DNA from: Oceanispirochaeta sp.
GTDB lineage: Bacteria > Spirochaetota > Spirochaetia > DSM-2461
Reading direction: 5' to 3'
Assembly: GCA_963663385.2 (NCBI GenBank)
Contig: CAXXXD010000003.1
Span: forward strand, 800,001 to 864,000
Length of the DNA stretch: 64,000 nt
Position 1 is the first letter of the stretch; every line of letters begins with the position of its first letter. A program made the position numbers and the translations under genes. Of the stretch, positions 19,854-28,642 are shown piece after piece. The notes below the pieces were generated by a model. It saw nothing but the letters and a program-made list of their open reading frames with translations, had not been told where the DNA came from and made no database searches.

Positions 19854-20711
19854 TCAGGCCTCCTTTCTCAAAAGAACTTTGGCTACCTTTTCCATATGGC
19901 AGTTATGCTCTTCTTCCTGTTCTTTATAGGAGTTCATGCGGTTCAGCATGGAGTCGAAATCCACCAGGTGCCCGTCAAACTCGGGGCCGTCAACACAAAC
20001 GAATTTTGTTTCATTACCGACGGTCACACGGCAGCCGCCGCACATTCCGGTTCCGTCCACCATTATGGTGTTCAGGGAAACCACAGTAGGAACCTTAAAG
20101 GGACGGGTTGTCTCCGAGCAGAACTTCATCATAATAGGAGGACCAATGGCAACAACTTCCGCAGGAGGGGTATCTGATTCACAGAGCTCTTTCAGAGGTT
20201 CGGTAACAAGGGCTTTCCTCCCTTTGCTGCCGTTGTCGGTACAGATAATGAGTTCATCGGAAAGTGCCGTCATTCTGTCTTCCAGAATCAGCAGGTCTTC
20301 ATTTCGGGCTCCCATAATGGTAATAACCTTGTTGCCGGCCTTTTTAAAAGCTTCTACAACAGGGTGAAGGGGAGCCACCCCAATCCCGCCGCCCACGCAG
20401 ACAACGGGTCCGTCATGTTTCCGGATATGGGTTGGAGAACCTAGAGGGCCCAGAACATGGGCAATAGCCTCGCCCTCTTCCAGGTGACTTAAAAGTTGAG
20501 TCGTTCCTCCAACTGCCTGGAAGATTATTGTAATCGTACCCTTTGTTTCATCCGCATCGGCAATGGTCAGAGGGATTCTCTCCCCGTGTTCATCATCCAG
20601 CATAAGGATGATAAACTGACCAGCTTTTCGGGAGGAAGCTATAGGGGCTGCTTCTATCTCCATCAGAAAAACATCAGAAGAAAGCTGTTCTTTCTTTACT
20701 ATTTTGTTCAT
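19854..20711 (-). CDS. nfnA: Nfn transhydrogenase small subunit (NfnA/SudB)
   Basis: 'GERIPLTIAD', 'GGGIGVAP', [2Fe-2S] motif 'DGTGMCGGCR...CVDGPEFD'. Confidence 0.88.
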   Translation of the reverse strand: MNKIVKKEQLSSDVFLMEIEAAPIASSRKAGQFIILMLDDEHGERIPLTIADADETKGTITIIFQAVGGTTQLLSHLEEGEAIAHVLGPLGSPTHIRKHDGPVVCVGGGIGVAPLHPVVEAFKKAGNKVITIMGARNEDLLILEDRMTALSDELIICTDNGSKGRKALVTEPLKELCESDTPPAEVVAIGPPIMMKFCSETTRPFKVPTVVSLNTIMVDGTGMCGGCRVTVGNETKFVCVDGPEFDGHLVDFDSMLNRMNSYKEQEEEHNCHMEKVAKVLLRKEA

Positions 20712-22738
20712 TTCACAGCTCCTGCGGGAACTTTTACACCCAGCTGTTTTTCCACTTCCTCCACTACCGATTCCAGGGTGGCGTGGTTCATCCTGTTTCC
20801 CCCTACCGTTACGGTGGGGCCATGGCTGCAGTTCTCGCTGCAGAAGGTGGCTTTAAGGGCAACCCGGTTTTTCCACTCTTCCTGCTCCACCTTGTCTCTC
20901 ATATTGGAAAGTATCTCCTGAGATCCTCTTAAGAAACAGCTGGTTCCCACACAGACATTCACCTCTACAGGTTTTTCGTCGGATGTTTCCGTCAAAGGCA
21001 TATTTTCGTGGTCAATCCTCTTCCGGTTCCGGTACTTTGTATGTACCAGTTCGTGGGCTTCATGGCTTCCCGCCCTGTTCCCCAGCATTTTTTCGTAAAT
21101 CCTCTGAATATAGGGATTCTCCTCCGGGGCATGGATCGGCGTAATCCTGCCGGCATTTTTCAGCGCTTTCTTCCGTTTGGCAATCACGTCTTTATCGTAG
21201 GATACGGGCTGGCCGCCTCCGGCTATACAACCGTCGGGACAGGCCATAATCTCTACAATATCGTATGTCACTTCGCCGGACTGTATTTTCCGAATCAGTT
21301 CTTCCGCATCTTTCATGCCGGCGGCAATGGCGATTTTCAGATCCAGGCTGCCCTCATTGATGGCAATTTCCTTCCAGCTGGGGTAGGTTTCATGGGCTTC
21401 GGGGATAAAGCTGTCCAGCTCTTTTCCATTGATGGTTCTGGAAGCATAACGGGCAACCGCTTCAGCCACTCCCATGGTGCTGCCGAATCCCAGACCGGCT
21501 TCAGAGTAGAGACCGAAGGGCAGGTCAGCAGCGGCAGGAGCGATCTCCTCGAACACAATACCTGCTTCCCTGATCATCTTACCCAGTTCCTGAGTGGTAA
21601 GAACGTAATCCACATTGGGAACGCCGTTCCGGCTCAGTTCGGGTCTTTCCTTTTCGAACTTCTTGGCTGTACAGGGCATGATGGATACCATGACAATGTC
21701 TTTTTCCTCAATCCCGTTTGTCTGGCTGATCAGCTTCTTGCCCAGGGAACCGACCATCCCCTGGGGAGACATACAGCTTGAGAGCTGAGGAAGAAGTTCG
21801 GGGTGGAACTGTTCGGCATATTTGACCCATCCCGGACAGCAGGAGGTAAACATGGTTCTGCTGTCACCTTTAGCCCGGCGTTCCAAAAACTCATTGGTCT
21901 CTTCCAGAACAGTCAGATCCGCACCGAATGAGGTATCGTATACTTCCTTGAACCCAATGTATTTCAGGGCATTCATTATCTTGCCTACAGTAACGGAGGA
22001 TTCGGGAATGCTGAACATCTCACCAATGGCCGAACGGACGGCAGGGGCGATCTGAGCCACAACCGTTTTGCTGTCGTCCGCCAGAGCATCCCACACTTCG
22101 CTTATTTCACTTTTGGGCATAATAGCGCCGGTGGGGCAGACTGCTGCACACTGACCGCAGTTGATACAGTCCACCTGACTCAGGCTTTTGTTAAAGGCCG
22201 GGGTAACGACAACATCTTCCCCTCTGTAGGCAAAATCAATGGCACCCACCCCCTGAATCTCATGGCAGTAGCGGACACAGTCACCGCAGAGAACACACTT
22301 GTTGGGATCCCGGATCAGGCTGGGAGACAGCATATCGGGAGCTTTGAACTCTTTTGTCCTTTTATAGGGTATTTCGGTCACGCCCAGAGCGCTTGCCAGA
22401 TCCTTCAGTTTGCAGGCTGAGGATTTTTCACAGGTGGTACAGCTGTTGTCATGGTTGGCCAGTAGCAGCTCGATAAGGGACTTCCGCATCTTCCGCAGTT
22501 TGGGGGTATGGGTCTTTACAACCATCCCGTCCCGGGGAGGGGTGGAACAGCTTGTATCAATGCCCTTACCCTCTATCTCCACAATACAGAGGCGGCAGGC
22601 GCCGTATACACTCAGTTCGGAGTGATAGCAGAAGGTGGGCATTTCCACACCAGCCTTCCTGATAACTTCCAGAAGGTTTTTCTCGCCTTCCAGGGGAACT
22701 TTTTTTCCGTTTATGCTTACGCTTCCGTTCTTGTTCAT
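20708..22738 (-). CDS. hydA: [FeFe]-hydrogenase catalytic subunit with C-terminal [2Fe-2S] domain
   Basis: N-terminal [2Fe-2S], His-[4Fe-4S] and 2x[4Fe-4S] motifs; H-cluster motifs TSCCPGW, MPCTAKKFE, EIMACPDGCIAGGGQP; C-terminal 'CVGTSC...FCSENC'. Start MNKNG at 22738 is coupled to the hydB stop. Confidence 0.92.
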   Translation of the reverse strand: MNKNGSVSINGKKVPLEGEKNLLEVIRKAGVEMPTFCYHSELSVYGACRLCIVEIEGKGIDTSCSTPPRDGMVVKTHTPKLRKMRKSLIELLLANHDNSCTTCEKSSACKLKDLASALGVTEIPYKRTKEFKAPDMLSPSLIRDPNKCVLCGDCVRYCHEIQGVGAIDFAYRGEDVVVTPAFNKSLSQVDCINCGQCAAVCPTGAIMPKSEISEVWDALADDSKTVVAQIAPAVRSAIGEMFSIPESSVTVGKIMNALKYIGFKEVYDTSFGADLTVLEETNEFLERRAKGDSRTMFTSCCPGWVKYAEQFHPELLPQLSSCMSPQGMVGSLGKKLISQTNGIEEKDIVMVSIMPCTAKKFEKERPELSRNGVPNVDYVLTTQELGKMIREAGIVFEEIAPAAADLPFGLYSEAGLGFGSTMGVAEAVARYASRTINGKELDSFIPEAHETYPSWKEIAINEGSLDLKIAIAAGMKDAEELIRKIQSGEVTYDIVEIMACPDGCIAGGGQPVSYDKDVIAKRKKALKNAGRITPIHAPEENPYIQRIYEKMLGNRAGSHEAHELVHTKYRNRKRIDHENMPLTETSDEKPVEVNVCVGTSCFLRGSQEILSNMRDKVEQEEWKNRVALKATFCSENCSHGPTVTVGGNRMNHATLESVVEEVEKQLGVKVPAGAVK

Positions 22739-24636
22739 GCATTTCCTCCAAAGCTGATGGCGTCGAAGCGGCAGGTTTCGACACAGGCACCGCATTTGAT
22801 ACATTTCTCCGCGTCAATGACGTGGGCTTCTTTTCTTTCGCCGGAGATGGCGTTTACAGGACAGACTCTGGCACAGGCTGTACACCCTTTACAGGCTTCG
22901 GCGATGATGCTGTACTCTACCAGTTCCTTACAGTTTCCGGTGGGACAGACTTTGTTATCGATATGGGCCAGCCACTCTTCTTCAAATTCCCTGATGGAAG
23001 ATAGAACAGGGGAGGGGGCGGATTTACCAAGACCGCACAGAGAGGCATCCTTTACAGTTTCACAAAGGGATTTCAGCAGTTCGAAACTCTTTCTCGTGCC
23101 CTTGCCCATGGTTATATCGTTAATCAGTTCGAGAATTTGTCTGGTTCCTTCCCGGCAGGGTACGCACTTACCGCAGCTTTCATGCTGGGTAAACTTCATA
23201 AAATAGCTGGCTATCTGTACCATACAGGTACTTTTGTTCATTACAACCAGACCCCCGGAGCCGATCATGGCACCCACTGATTTCAGGGAATCGAAATCAA
23301 GGGGTATATCCAGGTGCTCTTCAGTCAGACAGCCTCCGGAGGGGCCGCCGATCTGTACAGCTTTAAAATCGCTGTTGTCTATCTTGCCTTTGGAGTTGAG
23401 TACTCCGCCGCCAATATTGAAGATAATTTCCCGCAGGGTCGTTCCGAAGGGTACCTCTATCAGCCCCGTATTGGCCACATGACCGGTGAGTGCAAAGGTT
23501 TTGGTTCCGGGGGAACCATCGGTTCCGATCTTTTTATAGGAATCCGCACCCATACGGGCGATAAGGGGAACACAGGCCAGTGTTTCAACATTATTTACAA
23601 CCGTGGGTTTTCCCCACAGACCCTTTTCCGCTGTCCGGGGCGGTTTTACCCGGGGCATACCGCGACGGCCCATAATACTTTCGGTCATGGCACTGGCTTC
23701 ACCGCAGACAAAGGCTCCCGCGCCTTCCATTACAAAAATGTCAAAATCGAAGTCGGAGCCGAAAATCCCTTTGCCCAGAAAACCGTTTTCCCGGGCTTCT
23801 TCAATAGCTTTGTTTATTCTGGCTACAGCCAGAGGATATTCCATCCGGACATAGATCTGCCCTTCCGTTCCTCCACAGGCTTTTGCGGCGATAATCATAC
23901 CTTCCAGTACGCTGTGAGGGTTTCCCTCCATAACGGAACGGTCCATAAAGGCACCGGGATCTCCCTCATCACCGTTACAGATAATATATTTGGCATCGCT
24001 CTCCTGACGGAGGGCCAGTTCCCATTTTCTGCCAGTGGCAAATCCGCCGCCGCCGCGTCCCCGGAGCCCGGCTGTTTTCATCATTTCACAAACCTGCAGG
24101 GGAGTCCGGTTCAGCACAATCTCTCTGGCCGCGCTGTACCCGCCTCCATGGATATAGTCGGACACATCTTCCGGGTCCAGTGTTCCGCAGGCTTTCAGTA
24201 CGGTCCTTTCCTGACGGGTGTAAAAGGGAATCTCTTTCTGGCTGCGGCAGCTGTTGCCGCTTGCCGGATCCCTATACAGCAGCTCTTCTATCACTTCGCC
24301 CTGCAGGATGGTTTTTTCTATGATATCCCGTGCATGGACGGGTTTTACTTTGACATAAAGGATACCCGCAGGTTCGATGGTAACCAGGGGACCAACCTGG
24401 CAGAATCCCTGACAGCCGCTCCGGCTCAGCAGAACCGAATCATCTTCGGCTTCCTTTTTAAGAGAGAGGGTGAGGGGGAGATCCTTTTCTTTAATGATTT
24501 CCGCCAGAGCGTCATGAACTTCCATTGCTCCATTGGCGATACATCCCGTTCCGGCACAGATAACAATTCTGTGGGCCAGGCTGTTTTTCTTATTGGTATA
24601 GTCTTCTACAATTTTATCCAGTAATACAGTTTCCAC
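22735..24636 (-). CDS. hydB: Flavin subunit of heterotrimeric hydrogenase (HydB, NuoF-like)
   Basis: N-terminal [2Fe-2S]; 'GLRGRGGGGF', 'NGDEGDPGAFMDR', 'GGPSGG', 'ESCGKCVPCREG'; C-terminal 2x[4Fe-4S]. Confidence 0.92.
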   Translation of the reverse strand: METVLLDKIVEDYTNKKNSLAHRIVICAGTGCIANGAMEVHDALAEIIKEKDLPLTLSLKKEAEDDSVLLSRSGCQGFCQVGPLVTIEPAGILYVKVKPVHARDIIEKTILQGEVIEELLYRDPASGNSCRSQKEIPFYTRQERTVLKACGTLDPEDVSDYIHGGGYSAAREIVLNRTPLQVCEMMKTAGLRGRGGGGFATGRKWELALRQESDAKYIICNGDEGDPGAFMDRSVMEGNPHSVLEGMIIAAKACGGTEGQIYVRMEYPLAVARINKAIEEARENGFLGKGIFGSDFDFDIFVMEGAGAFVCGEASAMTESIMGRRGMPRVKPPRTAEKGLWGKPTVVNNVETLACVPLIARMGADSYKKIGTDGSPGTKTFALTGHVANTGLIEVPFGTTLREIIFNIGGGVLNSKGKIDNSDFKAVQIGGPSGGCLTEEHLDIPLDFDSLKSVGAMIGSGGLVVMNKSTCMVQIASYFMKFTQHESCGKCVPCREGTRQILELINDITMGKGTRKSFELLKSLCETVKDASLCGLGKSAPSPVLSSIREFEEEWLAHIDNKVCPTGNCKELVEYSIIAEACKGCTACARVCPVNAISGERKEAHVIDAEKCIKCGACVETCRFDAISFGGNA

Positions 24637-24638
24637 GA

Positions 24639-25139
24639 TCAGTCCTCCTTCGCCTTGTATTCGTCAATGAGTTCCTTCATCTGTGTTTTCGATACCTGAC
24701 CGTAAACTTTGTCGTTTATTACGACTGCAGGAGCCAGACCGCAGGCACCAAGGCAGGAAACGGTTTCCAGAGTGAAAAGCAGATCTTCTGTCGTATGAAC
24801 CTTGTCGGAGAGTCCCAGTTCTCTCTGGATGACATCTATCAGGCCGGAAGACCCTTTAACATGGCATGCTGTGCCATCGCATACTTTAATTACGTATTTT
24901 CCTTTGGGTTCCAGAGAAAAGTGACTGTAGAACGTCGCAATTCCGAAAACCCGTGCAGGAGATATCCCCAGACTTGTTGCCACAAAAGTCATGATTTCTT
25001 CGGGGAGGTACCGGTACTCTTCCTGTACTGCCTGAAGGATGGGGATAATTTTGGAGGGCTGTCTGTCGAACCTGTCCAGTATGTCGCAGACTTTGCTGAA
25101 GTTATCCAGTTTTTCAGCTGTCAAGCTTGGGGTAGCCAT
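24639..25139 (-). CDS. hydC: [2Fe-2S] subunit of heterotrimeric hydrogenase (HydC, NuoE-like)
   Basis: 'CDGTACHVKG...SCLGACGLAP'. Confidence 0.92.
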   Translation of the reverse strand: MATPSLTAEKLDNFSKVCDILDRFDRQPSKIIPILQAVQEEYRYLPEEIMTFVATSLGISPARVFGIATFYSHFSLEPKGKYVIKVCDGTACHVKGSSGLIDVIQRELGLSDKVHTTEDLLFTLETVSCLGACGLAPAVVINDKVYGQVSKTQMKELIDEYKAKED

Positions 25140-25158
25140 TTTTTTATTCGCTCCTATA

Positions 25159-25180
25159 TATCGATATTGATTTATCGATA
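25159..25180. promoter_or_regulatory. Tandem palindromes TATCGATA upstream of hydC
   Basis: TATCGATA at 25159-25166 and 25173-25180, just upstream of the RBS. Confidence 0.4.
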
Positions 25181-25613
25181 GTAAAATATCTTAAAGTGCA
25201 GGTATTAGCAACCCTTATTTATTAAAAAAAGATAAAAAAATATCGAATTAATCAGAGGTAGGAACTGAAAACTCTGGGGGAGGGGTATTTAAGCGTTAAA
25301 ATACATTATCATTATTCCGGAAAGATCATAAAAACCTTTTCCATTTTCACTGATAGTCGAAAGGCCGGGTTTCTATTTATTCTGGATTTTACGGAGCAGA
25401 ATTCAGAAGCCGTCAGGCTGATAGGATACTATACTCACACTATCAGCTTCGACCAGTCCGGATTTTTATACCGGGGATTTTGAATCTTTACTGTGAAGAG
25501 GTAAAAGAAAGGTGAAAAAATCAGATGAAGAGCTTCATAGAGGTCCTGAAGCGTGTTTCCCGCAGTTTTTTGGACCTGCAGGAAATACAGTTTCCAGGTT
25601 AATCCGGATATTA

Positions 25614-25835
25614 CTATCCTACTCTTTGAAGTAATCTCTTCCGGGCCGTTCCTGTCATGACCGGTTCTCTCTTTTTTTTAAGTTTAATCCCGCAAAACCG
25701 GCATTTTGCCTGGGCATTGCTGCAGCCGGGGCAAACATGGAAATACCTGTTACAGTGACTGCAGTAGTAGCGTCTGGCAGCTGCTTTGAAAACTCTCCCG
25801 CAATTATCGCATGTTACTTCGTTTACATGTTCCAT
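25614..25835 (-). CDS. Small Cys-rich protein (4x CxxC; double zinc-ribbon-like)
   Basis: MEHVNEVTCDNC...YCSHC...VCPGC...KCRFC with basic tail; GGGAG RBS before ATG 25835. Confidence 0.7.
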   Translation of the reverse strand: MEHVNEVTCDNCGRVFKAAARRYYCSHCNRYFHVCPGCSNAQAKCRFCGIKLKKKREPVMTGTARKRLLQRVG

Positions 25836-26014
25836 CCTGATCTCCCTGTTTACGAATACGCTGCTCAAATCCGAGCAGCCGTTGATTGTTGATGATTCAG
25901 TATCGATGGCAAAGTGAGCCTGTTAAATAGGCCATCTGGTATATTCCGTTCAATTTAAAGAGTTTTTATTCCACTTTTTGAGTTTAAACCATCCTCTGCC
26001 GATAGTAGTAGCAA

Positions 26015-26983
26015 ATGAACAGAATCATTCCCGTAGCAAGCGGTAAAGGTGGAGTCGGTAAATCTCTCCTTACAGTAAATCTCGGTGTTACCCTGGCTAA
26101 AATGGGTAAAACGGTTATCCTGATCGACCTGGATCTGGGCGGCTCCAATCTGCATACCTTTCTGGGTATCCGGAACAGTAAAGCGGGAATCGGGAATTAT
26201 CTGAATAAGCAGGCAGACTCACTGGAATCTCTGATAATACCTACCGATACGGATAAGCTCTATTTTATTCCCGGTGACGGTCTTTTTGCAGGCAGTGCAC
26301 ATATGCATTACTTCCAGAAAACGAAGATCCTGAAGGAAATACCCCATCTGGTGGCCGATTTTATTCTATTGGATCTGGGCGCGGGAACAAACAATAATAT
26401 AGTGGACTTCTTTATCCCCTTTCCTCAGGGAATTATTGTCACAGTTCCCGAAACAACAGCTATCCTGAATGCCTATTCCTTTCTGAAAACAGCTCTTTAC
26501 AGATCTTCATACCGGATGTTTCCTCCCAAAAGCGATGAGCGTCTTCTGGTTCAGAATTTTTTCAGGCAGAGACTGGAAGGATCGGGGAACAGTCTTTTTT
26601 CACTGGCAGACAAGCTTGGAGAACTCTCTGTGGAGAATGGAGAGAAGATAAGAAAAATGCTGGAGGTTTTCTATCCGGGGATTATTATAAATATGGGACG
26701 TAATCCTCAGGATAAGAATCTGGGTAAGAACCTGCGTCTCATCAGCAGAAAGAACCTTGGTATATCTCTGGAGTATCTGGGATACCTTCCCTACGAGCAG
26801 GAAGTATCCCGGTCTATAATCAATCGGAAACCCTATGCTTTGGATCATTCTACCGGATTTACCGAGAATCTGAAGTCGATTGCAGAGCGGTTGCAGAAAG
26901 TCATTCCCGAGAAAAGTATTCCTCTCTATGAAGCTGATGAGGATCTGGAGCAAATTGACTGGAGTCTTAAAGAACTGAGATGA
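26015..26983 (+). CDS. MinD/FlhG(FleN)-family P-loop ATPase
   Basis: Deviant Walker A 'SGKGGVGKS', 'IDLDLGGSNL', 'LLDLGAG', 'PETTAILNAY'. Confidence 0.85.
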   Translation: MNRIIPVASGKGGVGKSLLTVNLGVTLAKMGKTVILIDLDLGGSNLHTFLGIRNSKAGIGNYLNKQADSLESLIIPTDTDKLYFIPGDGLFAGSAHMHYFQKTKILKEIPHLVADFILLDLGAGTNNNIVDFFIPFPQGIIVTVPETTAILNAYSFLKTALYRSSYRMFPPKSDERLLVQNFFRQRLEGSGNSLFSLADKLGELSVENGEKIRKMLEVFYPGIIINMGRNPQDKNLGKNLRLISRKNLGISLEYLGYLPYEQEVSRSIINRKPYALDHSTGFTENLKSIAERLQKVIPEKSIPLYEADEDLEQIDWSLKELR

Positions 26984-27795
26984 GAAAAGCAGTTTTCATT
27001 CTTATATCAGTTATTTTCGGATTAAGCCTTTATTCTCAGGAATCTCCCGCCGGTGACGGGTTGGTCCTGGTAGAAGGCGGGGCTTTTTATATGGGTTCCG
27101 AATCCGGAGAAACGCATGAAGCTCCGGTACATAAAGTACAGCTGAGTCCTTTCTATATCAGTCCCTACGAGGTAACACAGGGGCTCTGGCAGACTGTGAT
27201 GAAAACCGGCATTGACGCACAGCGTGCCAAATTGAGACCTGCCGGCCGGCTGAAGGGCAAGGGCTGGGGATTCCCCATGTATTATGTCAGCTGGTATGAA
27301 GCCGTTGAGTTCTGTAATAAACTCTCTAAACTGAATGGCTATGATCCCTGCTACAGCGGAAGCAATGAGAATATTGTATGTAATTTTGCCGCCAACGGTT
27401 ACCGGCTTCCCACAGAGGCGGAGTGGGAGTATGCCGCCCGGGGCGGGAACAGGAGCCGGGATTATACCTATGCCGGATCAAATACCCTGGATTCTGTTGC
27501 CTGGTATAACGGGAATTCAACAATTAAAACACAGGAAGTCGGTCAGAAAGTTCCAAATGAACTGGGATTATACGATATGAGCGGTAATGTTAATGAATGG
27601 TGCTGGGATCAGTTTTCCCGCTATCCAGCGGAAAAGCAGGTGGATCCCCGGGGTGATGAAGGATTGACCTACAGGGTTTTCCGGGGGGGCAGCTGGAGTC
27701 ATCCGGCCGAGTACAGCCGCAGTACATTCCGTATTGCCTATGAACCGGACCGGCGGGGGAATAACCTGGGGTTCCGGATGGTGCGAAGGCCATAA
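26980..27795 (+). CDS. Exported FGE-sulfatase (SUMF1-like) domain protein
   Basis: Signal peptide; 'YRLPTEAEWEYAARGG', 'PNELGLYDMSGNVNEW', 'RGGSW', 'GFR'. Confidence 0.88.
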   Translation: MRKAVFILISVIFGLSLYSQESPAGDGLVLVEGGAFYMGSESGETHEAPVHKVQLSPFYISPYEVTQGLWQTVMKTGIDAQRAKLRPAGRLKGKGWGFPMYYVSWYEAVEFCNKLSKLNGYDPCYSGSNENIVCNFAANGYRLPTEAEWEYAARGGNRSRDYTYAGSNTLDSVAWYNGNSTIKTQEVGQKVPNELGLYDMSGNVNEWCWDQFSRYPAEKQVDPRGDEGLTYRVFRGGSWSHPAEYSRSTFRIAYEPDRRGNNLGFRMVRRP

Positions 27796-27863
27796 CTGCT
27801 GTATGGCTGTCCGATTTTTTTGGCAGATTTGATAAAAGTAATACCCGGATTTGAAAGAGCCGC

Positions 27864-28046
27864 TTAACCCACCTTTAAAGCTTCGGCCGGTTCCTTTTCC
27901 GTACTGTCAGACTTCTCCGTATCGGGGATAAAACCGTTCTCCCACTTAAAAAAGAAATTAATCCTGTCTGCAAGGTCTTCAAGAGAAAAAGGATCCGCTT
28001 CATCAACCATATAAATAATTGCATCTGCGTTTTCTATTTGACTCAT
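27864..28046 (-). CDS. Small acidic hypothetical protein (60 aa)
   Basis: MSQIENADAIIYMVDE... within a longer AT-rich ORF; protein-like composition only from ATG 28046. Confidence 0.4.
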   Translation of the reverse strand: MSQIENADAIIYMVDEADPFSLEDLADRINFFFKWENGFIPDTEKSDSTEKEPAEALKVG

Positions 28047-28253
28047 AATTATATAATAATACAATTGCCGATTACTTTTCCAGAAAACATGTAATTTTTT
28101 ATATAAAAAATACGAAATCGAGATAAATCGGATAAATATACAATTCCGGAGTAATTTATCAGAAAAGAATACAGATGCTTTATCTGTTTCTTGTGAAAGA
28201 ATATAGCTTTGCATAAAAAACAATACATCCGATGCAGGATAATCTCTGTCTCA

Positions 28254-28282
28254 TTGACACTACATATTTATACGGGTATAAA
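28254..28282 (+). promoter_or_regulatory. Sigma-70 promoter of gatCAB-aspS
   Basis: TTGACA-17 nt-TATAAA, 9 nt before the gatC ATG. Confidence 0.7.
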
Positions 28283-28291
28283 AGTAGAATC

Positions 28292-28573
28292 ATGGAAAAG
28301 AATGATTTATTCATCACAGCATCCCTCGCCAGGCTCGAACTGGAAGAAGGGGAAGCTCAAAAACTCGGAGATGAAGTCTCCCGTATGCTAACGTATTTTG
28401 AAAAAATGTCAGAAGTTGATGTCGAAGGCCTCGAGCCCACGACTCATGCCCTTCAGAAGGAGAACCGCCTGCGTGAAGATCGCAGGCATTCTAATGAAGC
28501 CCAGCCGGATGAATTGTTGGAATGTGCTCCGGATCTGGAAGACCGGTTTATCCTCATCCCCAACGTTCTCTAA
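28292..28573 (+). CDS. gatC: Asp/Glu-tRNA amidotransferase subunit C
   Basis: 'LARLEL...VDVEGLEPT...LRED...IPNVL'; precedes gatA. Confidence 0.92.
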   Translation: MEKNDLFITASLARLELEEGEAQKLGDEVSRMLTYFEKMSEVDVEGLEPTTHALQKENRLREDRRHSNEAQPDELLECAPDLEDRFILIPNVL

Positions 28574-28642
28574 TATCCACATCTCACTTAAACAATTCAA
28601 TCATTATTTAGAACCGGACATTAAGCTCCGGAAAGGTATGAT

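Noticed and set aside
22735..25139. Respiratory complex I nuoEF
   Set aside because: Followed by an H-cluster hydrogenase and no membrane nuo genes.
28047..28291. T-box riboswitch upstream of gatCAB/aspS
   Set aside because: No T-box consensus found, and the promoter lies immediately before gatC.
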